A stretch of 64,000 nt of DNA from Eledone cirrhosa (taxonomy: Eukaryota). Each line of letters starts with the position of its first letter. Within the stretch, counting starts at the first letter, position 1. Below are positions 28,570 to 41,338 of the stretch, in pieces. The stretch spans positions 26,412,001 to 26,476,000 of the forward strand of contig OZ024752.1 in NCBI GenBank assembly GCA_964016885.1, given 5' to 3'. A program made the position numbers and the translations under genes. The notes beneath the pieces were generated by a model that ran no database searches, was not told where the DNA came from, and saw only the letters and a program-made list of their open reading frames with translations.

Positions 28570-29413
28570 CGACGCGCTCGGTGAAACTCTAGGCGTGGAG
28601 GAAGATGAACTGGCCAGTCTGTTCGGTAGGACCTTCCGCCCGGGACCGATGGACAACTTCCAAAAGTCCCTGGCCTGGCAGTGCTACCGAGGAGCTCTAC
28701 CAGTTCGAGACAAGCTCTACAGACATGGGCGCCCGGGCAGGGACCCTGCAAAAAAGATCTGTCCGAGGTGCGTGCGAGACGAAGAAACCGTCGCGCACGC
28801 ATTCATACACTGCCCGGGCGTCACTGACCTGTGGGGATATGTAGAACGACTATTGTCGCGGGTGGGACCAATCCAGTTGACCACCGAGTCCATTGTCATG
28901 ATCAAACCACCACCCTCCTTCAAAAACGAAGGAGAGGCGGTTTTCCTTTGTGTGATAGCTATGGCGAAAGAGGTTGTATGGTGGACAAGGTTGAAAGGGC
29001 TGAGGTCAGACACCTTTCTCTCCGGCCAACAACTGATTCTTTTTTTCAAATACCACTTTGGAAGAAGAATCAGGATGGAGAGAGAGGTGCTGTACCCCAG
29101 CAAGTTTTATGAAAGGTGGGTGAAAGTGGCGAGAATGGCCCGAGTGAATGGGCCTTCTCTCTATATCAGCCTGTAGATTGAGGAAAAGGAGGAGGAGAGG
29201 AAAGGAGTACAAGCTCTTCGTACTCCTGGAGATGAGGGTTGCACATTTTTTCGGGGGTATGTGTTACCCATATAAACTGTCTCCCTCTATTGGGTAAAAT
29301 CGACTAACTTTTAAATTCCATCTGTGATAACATTTTACACGTTTTTATTGTATGTAAACTTCCCCCTTTGTATTTGTCCCCTTCTTTTGTGCCCCTGTGG
29401 CTAATAAAGAAAT
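28570..29413 (+). mobile_element. Tx1 subfamily B copy 3
   Basis: Same 5' junction as copies 1 and 2. Confidence 0.92.
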
Positions 29414-29414
29414 A

Positions 29415-29444
<30 letters not shown>

Positions 29445-29448
<4 letters not shown>

Positions 29449-30130
29449 CAGACATGGGACCCTGCAAAAAAGATCTGTCCGAGGTGCGTGCGAGACGAAG
29501 AAACCGTCGCGCACGCATTCATACACTGCCCGGGCGTCACTGACCTGTGGGGCTATGTAGAACGACTATTGTCGCGGGTGGGACCAATCCAGTTGACCAC
29601 CGAGTCCATTGTCATGATCAAACCGCCACCCTCCTTCAAAAACGAAGGAGAGGCGGTTTTCCTTTGTGTGATAGCTATGGCGAAAGAGGTTGTATGGTGG
29701 ACAAGGTTGAAAGGGCTGAGGTCAGACACCTTTCTCTCCGGCCAACAACTGATTCTTTTTTTCAAATACCACTTTGGAAGAAGAATCAGGATGGAGAGAG
29801 AGGTGCTGTACCCCAGCAAGTTTTATGAAAGGTGGGTGAAAGTGGCGAGAATGGCCCGACTGAATGGGCCTTCTCTCTATATCAGCCTGTAGATTGAGGA
29901 AAAGGGGGAGGAGAGGAAAGGAGTACAAGCTCTTCGTACTCCTGGAGATGAGGGTTGCACATTTTTTTCGGGGGTATGTGTTACCCATATAAACTGTCTC
30001 CCTCTATTGGGGAAAATCGACTAACTTTTAAATTCCATCTATGATAACATTTTACACGTTTTTATTGTTTGTAAACTTCCCCCTTTGTATTTGTCCCCTT
30101 CTTTTGTGCCCCTGTGGCTAATAAAGAAAT
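29445..30130 (+). mobile_element. Tx1 subfamily B copy 4 (different truncation point)
   Basis: Begins tctacagacatggg, with microhomology to (TCTA)n and a small deletion just after it. Confidence 0.9.
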
Positions 30131-30131
30131 A

Positions 30132-30194
<63 letters not shown>

Positions 30195-30427
30195 ATTAAT
30201 CTAGCTGTCGTCTGTTCTACAGTGTGTATGTCATTCACTTCGCACAGAAGTTTTGTTCAAATTTATTGAGGAAATTTTGTGAGTTCAAACTTAATTTTGA
30301 TACAATTGTGTAGCTTGACCCTCCGTCTGAACTGTCAGGCGGTGGGTCAGCTCATCTTTACCCCTCCTAGAGGTGAAAAACCTGTTTTAAAAATGTTTGT
30401 GTAAAAAATTTCAATCGTCTAACAGAA

Positions 30428-32326
30428 ATGTTAAACGCAGCGAACGAAAATAGTGGTGGGGGGACAGCGGTAAGAGTTGTAAGCTCGCACGCTTTAGTCC
30501 TCCCTTCCTTCCCAACTAACGTCATAGAGAAGGAAGGAAAAATTAAAATAAAAACAGACGAATCTGCGGAGAAAAAATTAAATGACGAAAACACAAATCT
30601 GGACTTGGATTCCAACAACGAAAAAAAAAAATTTGAAAAATTGCATGACAATACTAATAACACAAACAAAGACACAACAAACACAAAAATAACAGTTGAA
30701 AATAACACCATATCAGAAAACAAAGCAGACGACAAGATTTCATTTGCACAGAAAACAAAGAAATCTTTGACTTATATAGCGGAAAACATTTCAGATGTGG
30801 TACGAAGGATCACGGACGCCAAACAATACATAAGTGAAGGAGAGAATGGTATTTTATCCGTAAAAATGCCTCAAGAATTCACGAAAGACATTGAAAGCCG
30901 AACGGTCAAGTTTCGGACCATCAACAACAGTACAAAAAAACCTGAACAGCCTTCTCAAGCAGATATCAAAACAGTACTCACAGAAGTACTTAATGAAACC
31001 ACTTTCATAAGAAAAGACAGACTGTATGGAAGCCTAGCAATTATCATGAAGAACGAATCGGCGGCAAAAAAATGTGCTTTGACACCGATTCGTTCGAAAA
31101 ATTTCACCTTTTATCCATCTTATATGGTGAAAAGAACTCAACGCATATGGTTGGATGCAATGATGCCAGATGTGGACTACTGCTGGCTCATAGCTGGCTT
31201 CATCGATCCAGTGAATGACAACGTGATTTCCATTGGGAAAACCACAGGCAATGCGTTCAGTGGAACAGGTATAGAGCTGGTAGTACAAATGAAGCCTGAA
31301 CGCATCGCCCAAATACCCGACAGAATCCTATTAGAGGACCACGGGTATATAAACATTAGCGTGGAGGGGAGAAGGCCGTCCTGCCATATCTGTGCAGGCA
31401 GAGGGCACCTGAAGGCCGCTTGTCCCCAACTCAACAAAAAGAAAACCCTGCTACCAACACCAGCTCCACCACCACCACCATAACAGATAAACAAACAACA
31501 AAACTCAGTCCCACCCAACCCGTCCCTCAGTAAAACCACACCACCACAACACAAACAGTCACAACACATTACCCCAAAACAAAATACAGGCCCACCCAAC
31601 CTCTCACTCAATAAAACAACACAACCACCGCAGACACAACACACAACACAGTCTAACATAGTGACATCCATCTCCCCCACAAAGAAAACCAACACGGAAA
31701 CATTACCAGCAAACATACCTCTTCCCTCCAACACTGAAGATAACCCAACGAATTCGGAGGAAGAAACGGAGTCCTTCAGACAGATTAAAAGGAAAAAAAG
31801 AAAACATGTGCAAAACACACAAGGACAAACAACCCCCACCCAAATCTCAACACAATCCAACAAAACAGAAAACACCCCTCCAGCAACAAACAAAACCAAA
31901 CCTGCCCCTCCCCTCTTCGAAACACTCACACCATCGGAAAAAAAGACATTACACTATACTTACATCAACAGAAACAATAATAAATTAAATGAGCTCATAT
32001 ACAATAATCCTTCGGTACAAACCGAAGGTGTAAACTTTGTTTCGTCAGAAAACTACCCACATTTAAAACTAATAAAGATCCCAATGAACCTCTACCAAAA
32101 ACTAAAAAAGGATTTTAAGGAGGACGTAGGACCACCCTCTGTCAAACCCATAAACCGCGTCCTACTAAAAAGCTTTCCCCCTCCCCTTCCCCTCCCCAAC
32201 ACAACTCCAAACACCCCAACCCCACCACACACTGACGACCCCACACCACCACAAGACACCCCTTCACCCAACACCCCCGACCCCATGGAAGTCGTGCAAC
32301 CCGAACCCCGGGAAGCGGAAAGGTAG
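30428..32326 (+). pseudogene. Tx1 ORF1 (gag-like, CCHC knuckle) with one premature stop at 31481-31483
   Basis: ORFs 30428..31483 and 31661..32326 are in the same frame. Combined length is about 632 codons versus 636 aa for the homolog at 41339. Motif CHICAGRGHLKAAC. Confidence 0.88.
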
Positions 32327-32359
32327 GTCTCTACACTCTCCTTTGGCTCTGCCGCCCAC

Positions 32360-35300
32360 ATGGATGTGTTAAGAGTAGGATGTTTGAATGCACGTGGCCT
32401 GGGCTCAACATGGAAGCAAGCAAAGCTTCTAAATGACCTCAGGTCATGTAGTATAAATGTAATGGTTATCTGTGAGACTCGAATCAGCGTCGTGCGGCAG
32501 CTGGCCCCCACCTTCGATGACTTTGAGGTGCATGCATCTCTCTGTCAACCTGGAGGTGGGGGTGGGGTTGTCGTACTGCTGCAAAAACACCTGGGTCTTG
32601 CCATACAGGTTGTGCACTCGGACCCGGAGGGTCGTTTGTTGGTGCTAGACGTTGGCAGTAGTGAAAGTGCGGCCTTGAAACTGGTCGCCGTCTACTCCCC
32701 TTTCGGAGCTGAACGGTCCGACTTCTTCCAGCGTTTAGAGACTTTTCTGGGAACGTCGCGTTCCCTGCTTCTAGCGGGGGATTGGAATGACATCCTGGAT
32801 GCACGTTGGGACTATGCAGGAGCATGTCCTAATAGAGGGGGGTGTAACAGCCTCAAGGGGTTACTCGACCGTTTTAACTTGGTCGATAGATATCGACTAG
32901 ATTTTCCAACTGTGCCTACCTGGACTTGGAGAAACCACAGTGGTCAATCTAGATCGTACTTAGATAGATTCTTAGTTAGAAGTAAGGATAGGGACATATT
33001 AAGCTGTCCAGAAATGCGCACGGTTGGCTACACGGATCACAAATTAGTGACCTGCGTGGTCAATCTCGAGAAAACACATAGACAGGGTCCCGGTTACTGG
33101 AAACTTAATTTGTCTTTACCGGCAAAAGAGACTTACAGAAACCGGATTAGCAGATTAGTTAAGGAGAGGTTGACGGGTGCAATCGTCAACAACCGATGGT
33201 GGGAATCTCTCAAAAGAGAGATTAGAACAGAATCAATAAGTTATAGCAAGATGTTAGCTGCCGATAGGAATAGAAACGAGAAAGAATTAACAGGTAAATT
33301 AGAAGAGGCAATCAAGAGCGAATATGTGGCCAGAGTGCTGGCATCGAGGACGGCCTTGAACCAGTTTTTCGATGCAAAGCACGAAGGCTGCGTCATTCGA
33401 AGTAAAATACGTGCTCTAGGTAATGAGGGGGCCAAAGCCGTTGGATGGGCCCGCGTGACAGAAGCTAAGAGTGGAAATCGATCCACCATCCGGTCGTTGC
33501 AAGACGAAGATGGACGGGTGATCCGGGAGCCTAAGCAGATGTGCGAGGCCTTTCAAAGGCACTTTGCCCGATTGTTCGGGGGAGGCGAGGGTCCGGGCGG
33601 GGGCGTGGATTTCGGTCCATACCTCGACGGCCTGCCGCGTCTCTCGAGCGAAGAGGCAGAGTCCTGCGAGGGACCAATCTCGGCTGATGAGATCGGAGAT
33701 GCGCTGAGCCAATGCAGCAGACGCAAATCTCCAGGTCTCGATGGTATACCTTATGAACTTTATTTAGCAATGCCGATCTTCTTCTCCGAACTCCTCGAAG
33801 CGGTCTACTGCAATTGGCAGCAGAACGGGGCAATTCCTTGTTCTGTAGCCAAGGGCGTAGTCACGCTGGTGAGGAAGGACGAGAACAAGGGGGATAGTAT
33901 AAATAATTTTCGGCCCATAACCCTGCTAAACACAGAGTTAAAGATTTTGGCCAAGGTGTTAGCAAAGAGGTTGGCGCTTGTCGTGGGTGGCCTGGTGGGA
34001 GATGCGCAGACATGTGCTATCCCATCCAGGTCCATTCACGATAACCTCCACCTCATGCGATACATCATAGAGAGGGTTGGCAACGTACCCGGCTTTGGTG
34101 GGGCCCTGATCAACTTGGATCAGTCTAAGGCCTTCGATAGGGTCGACCATGGTTACCTGGATGCGGTGCTAGCGGCGGCTGGGTTCGGTCCTGTTTTCAG
34201 AGGCTGGATCACTGCCCTACATAGCAACCACATCTGTTCTAGGATCAAGGTGAACGGCTACCTTTCGAAGCCGTTCGAAATCACACGATCCATTCGACAG
34301 GGGTGCCCTCTCTCCTCCCTTCTGTACGTATTGACTCTCGAGCCTTTACTGAGGAAGTTGGAGTTGTTGCAGGGTATCCCCCTGGAACCAGGATTGAGCA
34401 AAGCGGTGTCGGCCTACACCGATGACGTAACAGTAATGGTATCAACCGACTCGGAGATCGAGGCGATCGGTACCTTACTGGAGGAGTACGAAAGGTTGTC
34501 AGGAGCGAAACTGAACCGGGAAAAATCCATCGGGCTGCAACTCGGAACGTGGAGAGGCAGACCGATGCCTCCTGACGGTGTCGTCGGACACTGGACGGAG
34601 GGCCCGGTAAAGTTGCTTGGGGTCTGGTTTGGACCGGACCTCCAGGTGGAAAAGAACTGGAACGAGGTTACGAACAAGGTGTTTGCACTAACCCAGAAAT
34701 GGGCCAAGTGTAAGCTGTCCCTAAAAGGCCGGGCGGAGGTGGCGAACATTTACATAGCGTCCGTCACTTACTACCGCCTGACTGTCGTGCCTTGCCCTAA
34801 GGAAACACTCACCACCATGGAACGCATGCTCTTCCAATTTCTTTGGAAGAAGCGTCCTCCTATGGTGAGAAGATCCATCTGCTGCCAACAACCTTCGAAA
34901 GGAGGGCTGGGGATGCCGTGGTTGATGATGCGTAGGCACGCATTAAGGCTACGGCACCTACAGGTATTCCTCACTGGTCAACCGGTGTGGGCTCCGTTCG
35001 TGGAACGAGCCTTTCCGAGACTCGTCTCGCTCACCGAGCTACAGTCCTGGGTCAAGCAAAGATCCGGAAAACTGGGAGACTGGCACACTGAGTGTGCTCA
35101 GGCGCTCAGGGCTCTCTGGCAAGCGGGCCAGGCCATCGGTGGAGAATCCACCTCATCATTCTATAGAGGGCTGGTGGCTAGCAGGGGCGATGACATCCTT
35201 GGAGAGTCGCTGGACATGGAAGAAGACGAACTGGCCAGCCTGTTCGGTAGGACTTTCGGCCCAGGACCAATGGACAACTTCCAGAAGTCACTGGCCTGGC

Positions 35301-35797
35301 AGTGCTACCGGGGGGCTCTACCCGTTCGAGAGAGGCTCTACAGACACGAGCGCCCGGGCAGGGATCCCTCAAAAAAGATTTGCCCTAGATGCGTGCGTCA
35401 CGAAGAAACCGTTGCGCACGCATTGGTGCAATGTCCGGGCGTGGCTGATCTGTGGGGCTACGCCGAACAACTGCAGTCGCGGGTGGCGCCGATTAAATTG
35501 ACCGCCGAGTCCGTGATGACAATCAAACCGCCTCCCCTCTTCACAAAGGAAGCAAAGGCGGTTTTTCTGTGCGTAATAGCCATGTTGAAAGAGGTTGTTT
35601 GGTGGACACGATTGAAAGGTCTGAGGTCAGGCAACTTCCTCTCTGGCCATAGTCTGGTCTACTTCTTCCGATATCACTTCGGAAGAAGGATAAGAATGGA
35701 GAGAGAGGTGCTTGGCCACAGGCAGTTTTATGAAAGGTGGGTGATAGTGGCGAGAATGGCTCGTGTAAATGGGCCTTATCTGTATACCATCCTGTAG
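32360..35797 (+). CDS. Tx1 ORF2: APE endonuclease, reverse transcriptase and C-terminal zinc finger (1145 aa)
   Basis: LNARGL, ICET, GDWN, YLDRF, TDH; SPGLDG, QGCPLS, YTDD; CPRC..ETVAHALVQC. Confidence 0.95.
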   Translation: MDVLRVGCLNARGLGSTWKQAKLLNDLRSCSINVMVICETRISVVRQLAPTFDDFEVHASLCQPGGGGGVVVLLQKHLGLAIQVVHSDPEGRLLVLDVGSSESAALKLVAVYSPFGAERSDFFQRLETFLGTSRSLLLAGDWNDILDARWDYAGACPNRGGCNSLKGLLDRFNLVDRYRLDFPTVPTWTWRNHSGQSRSYLDRFLVRSKDRDILSCPEMRTVGYTDHKLVTCVVNLEKTHRQGPGYWKLNLSLPAKETYRNRISRLVKERLTGAIVNNRWWESLKREIRTESISYSKMLAADRNRNEKELTGKLEEAIKSEYVARVLASRTALNQFFDAKHEGCVIRSKIRALGNEGAKAVGWARVTEAKSGNRSTIRSLQDEDGRVIREPKQMCEAFQRHFARLFGGGEGPGGGVDFGPYLDGLPRLSSEEAESCEGPISADEIGDALSQCSRRKSPGLDGIPYELYLAMPIFFSELLEAVYCNWQQNGAIPCSVAKGVVTLVRKDENKGDSINNFRPITLLNTELKILAKVLAKRLALVVGGLVGDAQTCAIPSRSIHDNLHLMRYIIERVGNVPGFGGALINLDQSKAFDRVDHGYLDAVLAAAGFGPVFRGWITALHSNHICSRIKVNGYLSKPFEITRSIRQGCPLSSLLYVLTLEPLLRKLELLQGIPLEPGLSKAVSAYTDDVTVMVSTDSEIEAIGTLLEEYERLSGAKLNREKSIGLQLGTWRGRPMPPDGVVGHWTEGPVKLLGVWFGPDLQVEKNWNEVTNKVFALTQKWAKCKLSLKGRAEVANIYIASVTYYRLTVVPCPKETLTTMERMLFQFLWKKRPPMVRRSICCQQPSKGGLGMPWLMMRRHALRLRHLQVFLTGQPVWAPFVERAFPRLVSLTELQSWVKQRSGKLGDWHTECAQALRALWQAGQAIGGESTSSFYRGLVASRGDDILGESLDMEEDELASLFGRTFGPGPMDNFQKSLAWQCYRGALPVRERLYRHERPGRDPSKKICPRCVRHEETVAHALVQCPGVADLWGYAEQLQSRVAPIKLTAESVMTIKPPPLFTKEAKAVFLCVIAMLKEVVWWTRLKGLRSGNFLSGHSLVYFFRYHFGRRIRMEREVLGHRQFYERWVIVARMARVNGPYLYTIL

Positions 35798-36152
35798 GTA
35801 AAGAAGTAAAGGAGAGGGGAGCACCTTCTCCATGTGCTCCCCGGGCAAAGGATTGCACACTTTTTCGGGGGTGTGTGCAACCCCCATCACGTCCCCTCCC
35901 TTTTGAGGTTATTTTCGATTATTTTCATGTTACACCCTTTTTACTCGATTATATGTAAACTCCCCCTTTGTATTTGTCCCTTCTTTTTATGCCTTTATGG
36001 TAAATAAAGAAATCTATCTATCTATCTATCTATTTGTCCACCCGTTCGACCTTCTGTCTGTCCGCCTCTGTTTCGCTCTCTTCCGCCCCCCCCTCTCTCT
36101 CTCTATATATATATATATATACATAAATATATATATATAAATATATAAATAT

Positions 36153-36199
<47 letters not shown>

Positions 36200-36222
36200 T
36201 ATATGTATCTAACGAGGTTTTA

Positions 36223-36304
<82 letters not shown>

Positions 36305-36310
36305 TATATA

Positions 36311-36365
<55 letters not shown>

Positions 36366-36614
36366 GTATATATAAATATATGTATATATATACACATATA
36401 TATATATATATATAAATATATGTATATATATATATATATATTTCGTTTCTGAATTTATTTAGCAAGATTCTTTATCTGAAATCGTGTGTTGAAACCGATA
36501 TTGTTATACTTTGGGAGGGTCATGTTGCCAATAAGAAAAGATATATATATATACACATATATATATATGTATATATATATACACATATATATATATGTAT
36601 ATATATATATACAC

Positions 36615-36645
<31 letters not shown>

Positions 36646-36836
36646 TATATATTTATATATATATATGTATATATATATACGTATATATATATGTATCTAT
36701 ATATACACATATATATATGTATATATATACACATATATATATATATGTATATAGATACATATATATATATGTATCTATATATACACATATATATATGTAT
36801 ATATACACATATATATATGTATATACGTATATATTT

Positions 36837-36938
<102 letters not shown>

Positions 36939-37009
36939 AAAAGAGAGAGAATTAATTTCACAGAGTGCTCTACCATCTTTGGATATAACCTTCTGACTTT
37001 TCACTGCAG

Positions 37010-37051
<42 letters not shown>

Positions 37052-37118
37052 GAGTGTGTCCCCAGTTCGGCCATCCATTCCTCTTTATATGTGTCTCTCT
37101 CACTCCCCCGTCTCTCTA

Positions 37119-37165
<47 letters not shown>

Positions 37166-37166
<1 letters not shown>

Positions 37167-37578
37167 AGGTCAGACACCTTTCTCTCCGGCCAACAACTGA
37201 TTCTTTTTTTCAAATACCACTTTGGAAGAAGAATCAGGATGGAGAGAGAGGTGCTGTACCCCAGCAAGTTTTATGAAAGGTGGGTGAAAGTGGCGAGAAT
37301 GGCCCGAGTGAATGGGCCTTCTCTCTATATCAGCCTGTAGGTTGAGGAAAAGGAGGAGGAGAGGAAAGGAGTACAAGCTCTTCGTACTCCTGGAGATGAG
37401 GGTTGCACATTTTTTTCGGGGGTCTGTGTTACCCATATAAACTGTCTCCCTCTATTGGGGAAAATCGACTAACTTTTAAATTCCATCTGTGATAACATTT
37501 TACACGTTTTTATTGTATGTAAACTTCCCCCTTTGTATTTGTCCCCTTCTTTTGTGCCCCTGTGGCTAATAAAGAAAT
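37166..37578 (+). mobile_element. Tx1 subfamily B copy 5 (shortest) in a separate (TATC)n tract
   Basis: Matches the 3' about 410 bp of copy 1 and is preceded by (TATC)n at about 37119-37165. Confidence 0.92.
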
Positions 37579-37950
37579 ATATCTATTTGCCAATCTATCG
37601 CGTAAAAAAAAACGTAGAGCAATGGTTACTCAGAAAGAAAAGACAAAAAGTATGTTGTTATTGTTATTGCTGTTATATATTGTAGTTGATGATGTTGCAT
37701 TTCTATTGTTGTTGTTGTTGTTGTTACTGCTGTTTTTGTTGTTGCTGATGTCGTTATTGCTGTTGTTGTTACTGCTGATGTTGTTACTGCTGATGTTGTT
37801 ACTGCTGTTCCGTTAAATATTTGATAATAATGACCTTAACGGGGTCGTTGTTCTTGTTGTCTTTGTTATTTTCCCCACTTTCTGCAGCTGTTGTTACTAC
37901 TGTTATATATTTGATAATGATGACGTCGGTTCTGTTGCTGTTGTTATTGC

Positions 37951-38026
<76 letters not shown>

Positions 38027-38140
38027 GCTGTTGTTTTTGTTGTTGTTGCTGTTGCGGTGAATTCGTGGAACCTTGATAAATGAAGTTAAATGACTGAATG
38101 TCAGATGTTAGGTTTCGTCGTTGCTTGTGAGTTTGCGTCT

Positions 38141-38568
<428 letters not shown>

Positions 38569-39486
38569 ATGTGTCTATTTATGTAGTAGTATGTGTTGCT
38601 AAGTGTTCTGTCGTGGAGTTTAACATTATGTAAACTAATGATTCCTCACATATTTGTGTCGGAATCTTTGTTCAATTTTCCAAAAATCATGGAACACATT
38701 CCAATATTTCCCCGATTCTACTCCCAAACACTCATTTCAAAGAGAGAATTTATTCATATATAAACCATATATCATGTTTTGAAAGGATATTATCATATTG
38801 TAAGCTACTACAGCACTTAGTGACATAATCTTTTCGTCCTTTTGGGTTTTATATTCCCAAGTTGTCCGACTATTCAATAACAAAATATGTATTCCAGCAG
38901 CTTGAATGAAGTTAACAGAATCCAAATTCGTTCAACGCTTCACAAAACGATTATTTATTTGAAAATATCATATAATACATTTTTCATTAAATGTTACTAA
39001 AAGACACTTATCTTATGAAACTCCAGAATTTGTTTTCGCGTGACCATCTCCTTTACCATTCTCCAGGGAAACGCCGTCTCCATCCTGTCCGCCGGGGTTG
39101 TGGGGAGGCCAGCACGTGGGACCCCATTTGCTCACCATACGGATTAATAGGCAAAGTAATAAACTATTGTTTCTACCGGTTGGGAGTCGTTGTTACAGTT
39201 CGGTGGTTTTCAGTTTTCACGAGATGTATGTCCAAATGGTAGTCGTTAGAACGTCAGATAGAATGTTTCGCGGTATTCGTTCCAGCTCCTTCGCCCCGAG
39301 TTCAAATCCGGAGTTAACTTTGACTTTAATCCTTTCACAGGAACTTGCTTTGTGAAACACTAATGTGGGCTAAAGAAGCATAGTACTATATAGGATAGCA
39401 TAGTATATGAACAATAGTGTTGTTTTACATAGAATAAAGATATATCGTATAGTGTAGATTAGTGTGTTATATTGAAGCACTGTTAA

Positions 39487-39813
39487 GGTCCCAATCGGTC
39501 ACTAATGACCATAGTTTTGCACCTAGAAAGTTTCCCTCTGAGGCACAAGCCTGGGCAGTTTGTTTTGTGGAAGACCACCAGTCGCCCATGCATACTAGCC
39601 CCGCCTCTCCACGCCACCGATGTAGTCCAAGGGAAAGGCAATGACCGATACAGCTTGGCACTGGTGACGTCGCAACTCATTTCTACAGCTGCGTAAACTG
39701 GAACAACGTGAAATAAAGTGTCTTGCTCAAGGACACAACGCATCACCCGGTCCGAGAATCGAACTCACAACCTCTCAATTGCAAGCCCACTGCTCTAACA
39801 ACTAAGCCATGCC
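39487..39813 (-). mobile_element. tRNA-derived SINE family 2, near full length
   Basis: Minus strand: ggcatggcttagttgttagagcag...gagttcgattctcggacc head plus body. Confidence 0.85.
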
Positions 39814-39989
39814 CCTGAAAACATATTTATTGTTTATGTAGTTTCTGAAGCACTCTAAAACATAGTTATTGGCTGAGCAAATCTATTGTCAAAAATATCT
39901 CTTAAGTAAATAAGTTTTATAGAGTTTGGACTTTTTTTGAATAGTTAAAATGATGTGTCCTCCGATGTATTTGCCATTTTAATATGGCA

Positions 39990-40600
39990 TAGGTTAACTT
40001 TGCCCTTTATGATCTGAGTTCAAATCCCGCCGAGGTTAACTTTGCCTTTCATCCTTACGGGGTCGATAAAATAAAGTACCAGTAATGTACTGGGTATTTG
40101 CTGGCCTTGTGCCAAAAGTAGAAACAATTATAATATGGTTTCCAATTTAGGCAAAAGGCCAGCAATTCTGGGGGAGGGGAAACCCCACTAAATGTTAGTA
40201 GGGTGGTCGATTGGCAGTATCGTTAGTGCGACGGACACCATGATTTGCAGCATACGGCCCTTTACGGTCTGAGTTCAAATCTCGCCGAGGTTAGCTTTGC
40301 CTTAATCCTTACGAGGTGGATAAAATAAAGTACCAGTAATATACTGGGGTCGATTTGTCGACTTTCCTCTCCTAAAATTGTTGGCCTTGTGCCTCAAGTA
40401 AAAATCATTATTATTGTTGTTGGATTGGCAGTATCGGTAGAGGGTTGGACGCCATGCTTTGCAGCATAGAGTTACGGCCATTTACGGTCTGAGTTCAAAT
40501 CCCGCCGAGGTTAACTTTGCCTTTCATCCTTACGGGGTCGATAAAATAAAGTACCAGTAATACACTGGGTTAATTGCTGGCCTTGCCAAAAGTGGACACA
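39990..40600 (+). mobile_element. Cluster of about 3 SINE family 1 copies
   Basis: Repeated gagttcaaatc..tgcctttcatccttacggggtcgataaaataaagtacca. Confidence 0.85.
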
Positions 40601-41338
40601 ATTGATTATTAAAAAACTGCTGTTAATGTCGCCATTGAAGCCATTCTTAGCTACGGCTGTTGTTGTTGTTGTTGTTCCTGTTATAGCTGATAAGCTTGTT
40701 TTGTTGATATTACCAACCTATTTGTGTATCATACCATTATTGCTCGTTTATTATTGCTGAATTTGTTGTAGTTGTTGTCATTGTTGTTGCTAATCTTGTG
40801 CTTATGTGTATTGATGTTTGTGTCGTTGTTGTTGTTGTTGTTGATGGTGTTGGTGGTGGTGATGGTGGTGGTGGTTGTGCTGGTGGTGATGGTGGTAGTG
40901 GTCCTGTTGGTTTTGTTTTGCCATTGCTGTTATTGTTGTTTTTGTTGCCATCGTCGTTGTCGTTATTGTTGTCGTTGTTGTTGTTTATTGTTGCAGTTGT
41001 TGATATTGCTGTATCGTTATCGTTTTAGTAATTTTGTTTGTGTTTTTACTTGCTGTTACCATTATTGCTGTTGTTTATATAGTCATTATTAATATTAATA
41101 ATGTTATTATTATTATTATTATTATTATTGACGAAAGTGGATGTACGTTTTTTGAAGCTCCGTGAGTAAGCAATTTTTGAGGATTAATTGTAGAGAATTG
41201 TTTATTTTTTGTACCGCTGAAGCATTATAAGACATTAATTTGTATCCTGTGAAGGAATAACTCATAATATTTGGGCCTTTTGGCCCAAATATTTGAACTT
41301 TATTTTGAAAAAAATAATAATTTTTTTCTCAAAAAAAC

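Larger units (their letters stand above)
30195..36012 (+). mobile_element. Full-length Tx1-clade LINE (lineage C) inserted in (TATC)n
   Basis: 5' UTR, ORF1, ORF2, and a 3' UTR with AATAAA; (ATCT)n on both sides. Confidence 0.95.
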
